The notes beneath the pieces are model-generated. The model searched no databases, was not told where the DNA came from, and saw only the letters and a list, made by a program, of their open reading frames with translations. Position numbers and translations under genes: made by a program. Below are positions 55,982 through 64,000 of a DNA stretch of 64,000 nt, piece after piece; the stretch's first letter is position 1; each line of letters begins with the position of its first letter. The DNA lies in assembly GCA_000091205.1 (NCBI GenBank), contig AP006492.2; one strand, 5' to 3'. The DNA is from Cyanidioschyzon merolae (taxonomy: Eukaryota).

Positions 55982-57192
55982 TTATCTTGCCAACGTGCGC
56001 CTTTCGACTCGGACGCACACAACCACACGCACCGGCTACTTCCGAGCTCTGCCTGCACAGACGGTAAACGCCACGATCGTAGCGCGCGTTTCTGTTTCAA
56101 CAGGATCCATCTCTAGCGAGACACGTGTCCCAGGTATGCGACCGATGATGGCGGCAGCAGCGTCGCCACCGCGCACGCATCGCTGATGCGACGGGCGGCG
56201 ATTGCGCGCGCACTCTGTGGATCGCGCGCTTCCATCATGGTGTAGGGCAGAAGGATCAACACAGAGGCTGGCGGCATGAATCCAAGGAGATATGTGTGCA
56301 TCATTCGCGCTGTGGGCAGCAGCGCGATAGCGACCGACAGTGATGTTGCTGGCAGGTACGGAGTGTGGGCGCTTTCGGGGATCTGTTGAAACTCGCCTTG
56401 CCACTAGGACTTGTTTGTGTGTTCGTTCCTGTGTTCGCGCACGTGAATCCGCTCCACTATGCAATTCATGAGCGCTGTCTCGAGCGTGTCGGCCTTGACG
56501 GACTCTGCTTATGTGGCAGCATCGACAGCACGTTCCCGTCGCTCAGACATCCCAGCCAGAGCGTGGCGAGAACGCTGTGTTCCCATGCTGCAGCGTGCGC
56601 GCGTGCACATATTCGCGCAGTGCTCACCAGCATTCACACGTTTTTACGTATGGAAGCATGCACGAATGCAGTAATGCACGTATGCACGTATCGAGTCCCT
56701 AGGATCCCTGTAATCCTGACCGCTGCTAGCAGGCAGTCGTCCAGCCAATGCCTGCAGGCCCCTGGATGCTGCATTCGAAGGCACACATGAACGCCAGGAA
56801 CAAATGCCTGCGCCACTTTGATGTACTCTCTTCAGAAGCTTGCGTCATTTACACGGATCACTATTAGAAGGGCGCTGCAGTTGGATCATCCCGGTATCCG
56901 ATTTCGCCTGTAGCGGATGCCACAGCGGAGCTAGCCTATCGGAGCAAGTCTTTCCAGAACGCCTCGCAGTCAGCCTTGAGGTCCGCGTCGAAAGGTGCCT
57001 TACACGGCAGTAAGTGCCCTGGTGCCAATGACGCTTCCGTTCCTTTCGCCCAGTACAGGATCGTGCTAGCGCGCCTGCAGTCGCAGTCGCTTCCCTGCAC
57101 GCAAAGCGAGTCGTCCCTGGGAGCGCACGCCATCGACCCGTCACTCGGTGCGTAACCGTTTTGCCGCAAAGTACGCCACCTGCGGTGCTATA

Positions 57193-58107
57193 TTAGGGCG
57201 CCACCAGCGGCTTGACACCCTTCGCCTGCATGCGCCGAAAGACCTCCTCCATGGCGGCGTGGACCTCGCGGATCTGGGCACCGGGATTGTCCCGCAGCAG
57301 TTTGCGGACGTCGAGCTCGCAGTTGGAGCGGCCGGCCTTGAGGATTTTTGCCTGCTCCTCGAGCGTAAAGTTCTTCCATTGGAACTTTGGATCGATGTAT
57401 TTTCTGTAAAGCTCCAGGACCTCGTTATGCGAGATGCTACCCGGATTGGTAAAGTTGTACACGCCCGTAAGGCCGCGCTCGCTCATATCCAGTGCCACTG
57501 GCAGCAGCTCCGTCAAAACCGTCATGCTGTTGGGGATATTCACAACCTTTTCGTAGCGTGCGATTTTCGTGACAAAGCTGCGCGGCGACAGGTCGTCGCT
57601 CACGGGCATGCGCAGTCGCAGGATGAGCACATTGTCAAAAGCGCTGCGCAGCAGCTCCTCCACCATGGCCTTGGTGCGACTGTAGTAGCTACCGAAAAAG
57701 TTCGGCGGATCGTCCTCCGTGAAGGGCCTGCCGCCCTCAGCCGTAGGCCGGTGCTCGCCGTCGTCGTAGTGGTATAGACAGCCGGTAGCAAAGTTGGTGA
57801 GGTGGATCCCGCGCGACGCGCAGCAGTCCGCCAGGTTCAGCACGCCCAGTACGTTACTGCGGACGGTCTCGCGCCGGTGGTCCTCGCACCAGTCGACGTT
57901 CGGACGCCCAGTGACCCCAGCACAGTTCAGGACCCGCTGTGGGCGCAGCGCGTCCAGTTCGCGCTCACAGGCCTCGCGCTGCTCGAGACGGAAGCTCGCA
58001 AACGCGTACCGCTCACCGCGCTGCTCAAGTAGCTCTGCAACCATGTTGGCGATCCAACCGGTGCGTCCGACTATCAGAAAACGAACTTGAGCGATCTCGT
58101 CTGGCAT
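57193..58107 (-). CDS. UDP-4-keto-6-deoxy-glucose 3,5-epimerase/4-reductase (NRS/ER, UER1-like)
   Basis: 'RFLIVGRTGWIANMV', 'NCAGVTGRPNVDWCEDHRRETVRSNV', 'NFATGCLYHYDD', 'YSRTKAMVEELL', 'RLRMPVSDDLSPRSFVTKIARYEKVVNIPNSMTVL', 'FTLEEQAKIL'. Start moved to ATG 58107 from the ORF-track TTG at 58272. Confidence 0.8.
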   Translation of the reverse strand: MPDEIAQVRFLIVGRTGWIANMVAELLEQRGERYAFASFRLEQREACERELDALRPQRVLNCAGVTGRPNVDWCEDHRRETVRSNVLGVLNLADCCASRGIHLTNFATGCLYHYDDGEHRPTAEGGRPFTEDDPPNFFGSYYSRTKAMVEELLRSAFDNVLILRLRMPVSDDLSPRSFVTKIARYEKVVNIPNSMTVLTELLPVALDMSERGLTGVYNFTNPGSISHNEVLELYRKYIDPKFQWKNFTLEEQAKILKAGRSNCELDVRKLLRDNPGAQIREVHAAMEEVFRRMQAKGVKPLVAP

Positions 58108-58772
58108 ACTTGAAGCGACCTGTTGGCACTCGTGTCCACGCTGCGGGAAGTTCTGGATATCACTTGAGTGCACCCTCCTACTTGCAGGCGAAACAGTACT
58201 GCCCCAGGTTTCCCGCGCATGGCGTGTCTCGGGTATTTGATCGGGGCGCGCCCCAGGCGTTTCGTCGGGCAATCGTGCGGGGCGCTGGAGCCGCTACGCT
58301 GCTTGATGAGAGCGTCTCGACTCCTGCATGCTGAGATATTGTGTGCTCGAGGAGCCGTTGTCTTTCAGGATAGCGAGAAACGGGATACGCATTGCACGAG
58401 CGTTCTTTACTGTACGGTAGCAGTGCATGCTAGACGAGTCATCGGTATGCGGTACAGCGGTTCGCAAAGTATTCGACGTGAACTTGTCTATGATCGCACC
58501 AGAGCAGCGCTCGACGCATGATCCATTCGCTGGTACGCAACGCTGTGGCAACCAGGGGCGCGTTCTTGGCAAAGCACCATAGCGCCACGGAGTGGGTGTC
58601 AGGTGATGCCGACGCTATCACCATGCGAACGGCTCCGCGACGGGTAACCACAGGCGCTGTCATTCTCTTTGAATCGGCAAGTGCGATACGTCGCGTTGCA
58701 CATGGATTGCGCTCGCTGTTATGAGTACCGCCTAGGCGTCGGCGGTGACCTGGTGCCGCGCTGCGCCCTGAT

Positions 58773-60353
58773 TCAATCCGCCAGCATCCGTCTCGCCGAG
58801 ATCTCGATCTGCGACGCGTGCTGCGGAGGCTGCGTCGAATCGAGCGCTTCCCAGGTAAGCTCATCGATCGAGGAGTCATCGAGCGGCGTGGATTTCCCGC
58901 CTTCCAGATCCGACGATGTATTCGCCTGTTTGGCGAATGCCGCTGGCGCTTGTCCAGCACGCTGCATCGCCAGCGCCGAACGCTTCCACTCGTAGAAGCC
59001 GACCAGGCCCTGTCCGAGGCAGAACAGCATCGTGAAGCATATCGACACGGTAAGCACCGCGAGCGCGTGGAAGCTGTTATCGTCCCGTGTCTTTGCGATC
59101 CAGTCCGGGGAGAAGATGACGAACCAATAGTAGAAATCGGGGATAGAGCAGTACTGCGACGCGCCAATCTGCGGCGAGCAGATCGCCTGTGCAACCTGCA
59201 GCGCCAGCGCCAGGCACGCTACCAGCACGAGGCCTATCCAGCAGGAGCCCTGGAGGGCGAAACGCGCACGCGGCGGTAGCGCTGCATGGGATGCGCTGGC
59301 GGCACCTACACCGATGATCGCCAGCACCAGAGTCAGGCACGTCACCAGGATGCCGTTCCATGTCGGGCTGCGAGCGGCGACGACGAGCCCCACCACGGCA
59401 GCTACCGCCAGGAACGCAGTCGATACGAGGTACCCGGTGTGCATTTGGCAGAGTTTGCGCTCCAGGGTGCGTCGCTCAACGATGATCCAGAGCACGCCAG
59501 CCAAGGTCCAGTAACCGAAGTAGACGACAGTGGAGACGAAGGTCGGCGCATCCACGTATCCGAAGAGCTCGTGCAGCAGGTTGAAGAACTCGTTCCCGTC
59601 GTCCGCGCAGCAGGCCTCGGTGGACCAGAGCGCGGCATTCCACCACGGCCGCTGCGTGGATGGAATCGACTCGTCCTCGTTGCCGTTGCGCGTGAATGAC
59701 CCGAACAGGTTCGCTTTCTGGAGGTCCAGGAAGGCCGTCGACAGGAAGCCCGCAGCGAATGCGATCAGCAGCAGCGACGAGAGCGCGAAGAAGAGGCGCA
59801 GATCGAAGGCGAGCGCCCCGCGGTAGATTGCCCAGGCAACGACCAGCGCAACGGCCACGCCGACGGCTGCGGCGATGGGAATCGAGCTCCACGAGACACC
59901 GCCCGTGATTCCGAACAGGAATACGATGAGCTCGACGCCCTCACGCAGCACGGACGTGAAGACGAGCAGCGCAACGCCCCATCGGCCGCGCCTCGACAGA
60001 GCCCGCGCTATCCCGCCCTCGAGGTCGCGGCGCATGTGCGCGGCCGTGCTGAGCATCCAGAAGATCATCCACGTGATGAGCACTACCGCCACCAGTCGGA
60101 CAATGGCCTCGAAGAGCAGCTCAGTGAGACCCGTATACAGCTTCTGGCCGCGCGTCCAGAAAACGATGCCGAATGCGATTCCAATGACGATGAGCACACC
60201 GACGCCGGCTGCAACGCCCAGCCAGACGTCTCTGAGGTAGCGCTCATTCTTGGTACGCCGCAGGTATGCCAGACAGATCGAGACCACGATGCAGGCCTCG
60301 AGGATCTCGCGAAACGTAATGATAAAGCCTGCCAGTGAGAAGAGCTGTACCAT
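58773..60353 (-). CDS. FTR1-family high-affinity iron permease
   Basis: Two REXXE motifs ('FREILEACIVVS', 'LREGVELIVFLFG'), multiple TM helices and a long hydrophilic C-terminal tail. Start at ATG 60353. Confidence 0.7.
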   Translation of the reverse strand: MVQLFSLAGFIITFREILEACIVVSICLAYLRRTKNERYLRDVWLGVAAGVGVLIVIGIAFGIVFWTRGQKLYTGLTELLFEAIVRLVAVVLITWMIFWMLSTAAHMRRDLEGGIARALSRRGRWGVALLVFTSVLREGVELIVFLFGITGGVSWSSIPIAAAVGVAVALVVAWAIYRGALAFDLRLFFALSSLLLIAFAAGFLSTAFLDLQKANLFGSFTRNGNEDESIPSTQRPWWNAALWSTEACCADDGNEFFNLLHELFGYVDAPTFVSTVVYFGYWTLAGVLWIIVERRTLERKLCQMHTGYLVSTAFLAVAAVVGLVVAARSPTWNGILVTCLTLVLAIIGVGAASASHAALPPRARFALQGSCWIGLVLVACLALALQVAQAICSPQIGASQYCSIPDFYYWFVIFSPDWIAKTRDDNSFHALAVLTVSICFTMLFCLGQGLVGFYEWKRSALAMQRAGQAPAAFAKQANTSSDLEGGKSTPLDDSSIDELTWEALDSTQPPQHASQIEISARRMLAD

Positions 60354-60611
60354 GATAAAGCAAGGACTAGCGCGGTCGGGGATGGTATGCAAAAGCCCGT
60401 GAGAGTACTTTAAGAACACCGAGTGCGTTCTTTTGCAGAAAACGACCTAAACGTGAGTCTCTACGCCTACGTGCCTCTGCAACGGGGCAAGAATGAGCGG
60501 GAGAACAAGTTGGCGGATTCCCACGACGCTACGACTACCGCTACTGCTGCTGCTGCTCGTGCTGCTTCCTCCGATATTGATGGCGCACGCGCATGCTGCA
60601 CGCCAGCCGCC

Positions 60612-60662
60612 AATCGGCACGGGATCGGCACGGGATCGGCACGGGATCGGCACGGGATCGGT
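60612..60662. repeat. 11-nt tandem repeat (cggcacgggat) x ~4.5, ~260 bp upstream of the FTR1 start; adjacent (GCT)n tract at 60535..60567
   Basis: Direct reading. Confidence 0.8.
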
Positions 60663-61766
60663 ACGCGGCGTGAATGCCGGCCTGCTGGCAGCGAGTTTCA
60701 GATGAATAGCTGCGCACTCATTGATGGATGCGCTGCTTGATACGACAGAGACATGCCAGGCAGGTGGTTTCGTAGTACACCAGGTGCGTTCGATGGCGAC
60801 GGAACGCCAGCGTCATGCACGGTGCGATTCCTGTGGTGGACGATCCTGCCAAGCCGTGCAGGGCAATATTCCGACAAAGCGATTCCACAGGGGTCAATGT
60901 GCTCGCTGATGCTTTTATGCGACATCGCTGGTAACAGCACATTGATTTCGTGGTTGTTGGCTGTACTGCTCATACAATAGCGTATCGAACAGAGCGTAAC
61001 GGTGAACGAGACCGGTTCACGTGGTGCAATTGGATTTCCTTTCGGGGTGCTTTCGGGATGCGTGCATACGGAAGCAACGCACCGGACACGTGTACTATGT
61101 GCGTGCGCTGGCAATCACTCGCGCTTCTCTGTGATGCGCATGGATGCGAGAGGCACCGGACACGCACACGCTACGTCTACGAGAGCCTCGGGGGCAGCAT
61201 GTCGCTGTGATACACACCAGGGACTTGGACGGAGCGCTCTGGTATCGGGAATCTGCAGTCGCTTGACCGCTGCGCTATGCTCGCCGTCAGGTGTCATGCA
61301 CGGCTCGTCATACATCTTCGCCAAGTCATGCGCTGCAACGTGCGGGCATCAGTGCAACGGCACACAGGGGGCCCGAGACGCGCCCCATGAGTGACCTGCG
61401 CCCTTCGTGGGTTGCAGTCACCAGAGGCGGCGCCGCGCCGGCGCCTCCCAGCTCGATGCCCGGAGCGGCATTCAGAGCGCCTGACCTCGTTCGTGCGCGG
61501 CGTGTGTCGCCTCTCGTAGTACTTCTGAACGTTTCGTATCGGTGCAAGCTGCTGCACCGTCTAGCGTGTACTGCATTGTCGGTGGAGTAGCTTTTATTAT
61601 CAGTTTCGGTCTTGGTGCCACTGCCGCCGTTTTAGTGCGGCGTCCATGACCGGACAACCCGTGAGCAATACACTGGCTTTCGCGTTGCTGACTGTCGAGC
61701 CTTGCTGCTCGGAGCGAGTGTGACTTTGGTGTGCGGGACGGCCGTGTTTCGAGCTTGGAACACCAG

Positions 61767-62771
61767 ATGGACGAACTTCCAGAGCAGGTACTCGTGGAGT
61801 TCCGCGCAGGTCGCGCGTACCTGGACAGTGGTTTGGTGCACTCGGACGGCCGCAAGGGCTGCGTCCGTGTCGTGCGAGCCGCGGACGGCCTCGTGCACTT
61901 CCAGTGGCTCGACCGCGCAACCCGTGCAATCGAGGAGGACCTGATCGTGTTACCCCGGCGACGCGACAGGGGTATTCCTTCTAGAAGTCGACCCTGCAGG
62001 CCATGCAAGACTATGCACTGGCGGCGCGTGCACGCCTGCCGGACTGGTAGAATGTTCGTCTTGGGCTTTGCGTCGTCGGATCTACAGCTGTTCTTTTGGC
62101 TGCAAGAGCCTCGCTGCGACGCGGACGTGCGGCTGGCACAGCGGCTGCGCAACGCGCTCGAGTGCCGTCCCCTGGACGACCCCGCTGGCTTGGATCACGC
62201 AGATGAGGTGCGGCTCAGCGACGCAGAGTCCCGACCTGGGCCAGGCCTCAGCTCGCAGGTACCTGACGGCGCGACGCGTCCGTCGTCCGCCGCGCTTGGG
62301 CAGTCGCTCGTAGACGCGCTGCAGCGTCTGGGGGCCAGCGCTGCTTCCGATGCTGTGCATGCTGCGGATGACGCAAGTCGTCAGCCGCAGGCGCGCGCCG
62401 ATGATACGCCTGACCTCGGGGCGCTTCTGCGCTGGGGCCCCGCGCTGGAGCGGCTTCTCCGCGAGCCGGGCCTCGGACCTGCATCCGCTGCCCTGTGCCG
62501 CGAGTACCTGCCATCCAGCATCGACCTGGAGAGCGTGCTGCAATCTGCCGCGTTTCGGCAGCAGCTGGAGGCGCTTTCGACTGCGCTGAGACGCAGCCGC
62601 GGCGATGCTGGTCCCCTGTTCGCAGCGTTTGGCATCGAGCCACCACCAGCGGGCGACTGGCGGCACGATCTGGAGGCGCTGCTAGAGGCGCTGCGCCTTC
62701 GCGCTGAGGAGTCTGCGCGCAGTCGTTCTGAGGGCCCAGCGCCAGAATCACGGCATGGTTGTGGTAGATAA
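61767..62771 (+). CDS. Rpn13/ADRM1 proteasomal ubiquitin receptor (Pru domain)
   Basis: 'LVEFRAGRAYLDSGLVHSDGRKGCVRVVRAADGLVHFQWLDRATRAIEEDLIVLP...CRTGRMFVLGFASSDLQLFFWLQEPRCDADV' matches the Pru-domain pattern. Start at ATG 61767. Confidence 0.6.
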   Translation: MDELPEQVLVEFRAGRAYLDSGLVHSDGRKGCVRVVRAADGLVHFQWLDRATRAIEEDLIVLPRRRDRGIPSRSRPCRPCKTMHWRRVHACRTGRMFVLGFASSDLQLFFWLQEPRCDADVRLAQRLRNALECRPLDDPAGLDHADEVRLSDAESRPGPGLSSQVPDGATRPSSAALGQSLVDALQRLGASAASDAVHAADDASRQPQARADDTPDLGALLRWGPALERLLREPGLGPASAALCREYLPSSIDLESVLQSAAFRQQLEALSTALRRSRGDAGPLFAAFGIEPPPAGDWRHDLEALLEALRLRAEESARSRSEGPAPESRHGCGR

Positions 62772-63928
62772 ACTCGAGTGGGCGAGCTCGGGTTACCTGG
62801 AATAGAAACTCAAGTTTTATGCAGAGTAAACTGTATAGATACAAGCAGTTGCCTATAATAATGCGGATATCCCATAGACTCGCATCTGGAGCATCGTGCT
62901 ATCCTCTATAAAACTGCTGAAAGAGGATAGACTCTTCTGCGCTGACTCGTGGAGGCACGCATCAATCGACTGATCGTTGCGAGACTGTACAGCCTGCACT
63001 TGTGTGAGTGCTCACAGATCAGTATCGGCGAGCGTGCGGTTTGCGACTGTCCTTGTCGGGACAGGCGGCCGCTACGGGTTGTGTGCCTTGCGCGGACGCC
63101 CTCGGATGCGACGCTCTGTGCTGGCGGTGAGCGCAACAGTGTGCAGCACTTGCACTTGCGCAGGCGGGCTGCACAACGAGCAGCTGCCACTGAACAGCAC
63201 GAGTCGCGTATCGGCTAGCGAATGCGTCACGCTGGACCTGGCAGACTTGGGTGGCGCTGCAGCCTCGGATTCGTGATCAGGGTGTGGGCGCTTTATTCAC
63301 ATAGAATATGCTCCGTTTGGGCGGTGAATGCCGACGCTGCTCGTATCCGCTGGTAGAAGTGCATGCACGATGCGTGTGCAGTGTGCAGGGTATCTACCGC
63401 TGCATCTATGTGCGCAGCAGGATTCAGAAGGCAGAACGTTCCGCAGATTCTATGAGGCACCTTGTTGCTGGAATGACAGAATGGTGTACGCGACATTGCC
63501 CAATGATGCAGCATTCCATTGGATTTGGCGGCAGTTGGCTAGGCAGCCTCTAGCAGCGCCACACGTCACTGTATCCACACACACGCGCGATGCGTGCTCC
63601 CATGACGCTACTGCGGCATGTGAATTGCGTTTCGCGGAGATGCAAGGCAGCCCTTATAAAGGCTCGCTGCGATCGACGCACCTGTAACCGAAGCATCCAC
63701 GGCGACGGCGTTGATGTTGACTGCGGCAGCAACGATTGCGTTCCGCACATGCGAACAGATGCGAATCAGCGCTAGACACTGATCTGTGCTTTACACAGCC
63801 GTTGCCCATCCGCATACGAACACGCACGCGCCTATGCCTGCGCATGCATCTATCTATGGATACACCCCGTAGACTACGGGTACGGGCGCTGAACTTGGAA
63901 ACATCACCCAAGTGCATGGATCGCTGTA

Positions 63929-63967
63929 TGCATGCATGCATGCGTGCGTGCGTGCGTGCATGCATGC
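63929..63967. repeat. (CATG)n/(CGTG)n microsatellite
   Basis: catgcatgcatgcgtgcgtgcgtgcgtgcatgcatgc. Confidence 0.8.
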
Positions 63968-64000
63968 GCTGCGTGCAGCGCGTCGCCAACGCGTGCTGCG

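Noticed and set aside
58439-59892. ORFs 58439..59194 (-), 58818..59279 (+), 59476..59892 (-) overlapping FTR1
   Set aside because: These are alternative-frame or antisense ORFs inside the iron permease gene. They are Arg/Ser-rich and typical of GC-rich frames.
1-64000. CRISPR arrays, rRNA genes, prophage or operon structures
   Set aside because: No direct-repeat/spacer architecture and no rRNA-like conserved blocks. Gene organisation (monocistronic genes on both strands, eukaryote-specific proteins such as Rpn13, Mia40, p24, exosome and SURP) indicates a eukaryotic nuclear locus.

Overview
This window reads as eukaryotic nuclear DNA. It is GC-rich (roughly 55-60%), has genes on both strands, and is compact and almost intron-free. 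I cannot name the organism from sequence alone. The ORF track uses bacterial-style alternative starts (GTG/TTG printed as M), so I moved most CDS starts to the first plausible ATG.

About 18 host genes are recognisable from conserved motifs:
- citrate synthase
- Mia40/CHCHD4-like protein
- p24/emp24 cargo receptor
- SURP-domain protein
- FAHD-like hydrolase
- Nse3/MAGE-like protein
- GT92 glycosyltransferase
- phosphoglycerate kinase with an N-terminal extension
- RNase-PH-type exosome subunit
- a UDP-glucose 4,6-dehydratase plus a 3,5-epimerase/4-reductase gene pair (UDP-rhamnose pathway)
- FTR1-type iron permease
- Rpn13/ADRM1 proteasomal ubiquitin receptor
- several hypothetical proteins

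Two transposable-element families are interspersed with these genes.

The first is a LINE-like non-LTR retrotransposon in three copies. One is full length (~39.1-43.4 kb, minus strand), one is 5'-truncated (~29.0-30.4 kb, plus strand), and one is cut by the window start (1-2250, minus strand). Its RT ORF has no recognisable AP-endonuclease domain. A conserved overlapping-frame C-terminal Cys/His ORF follows the RT.

The second, and the most striking feature, is four copies (A-D) of a ~2.5-2.8 kb element. Its single long ORF carries TnpB/Fanzor-type RuvC motifs: RuvC-I 'VGLDPGS', a degenerate zinc-finger/'RTSYT' region, and RuvC-III 'NRDFNAAINI'. All four ORFs are disrupted by nonsense or frameshift mutations. 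They share a conserved, structured non-coding 3' end that is a candidate omegaRNA scaffold. Three of the four 3' ends sit within 100 bp upstream of a co-oriented gene start.

The window also holds a ~6.7 kb gene for a giant secreted or membrane protein. It has a signal peptide, a GGGGP collagen-like stretch, about 65 tandem 26-aa Ser/Ala-rich repeats ([12 protein letters not shown]...), a C-terminal globular region and a TM anchor. This gene seems to need either a 34-nt GT-AG mini-intron or a frameshift to be read through.

Several microsatellites are present. I did not detect any rRNA, tRNA or CRISPR array.
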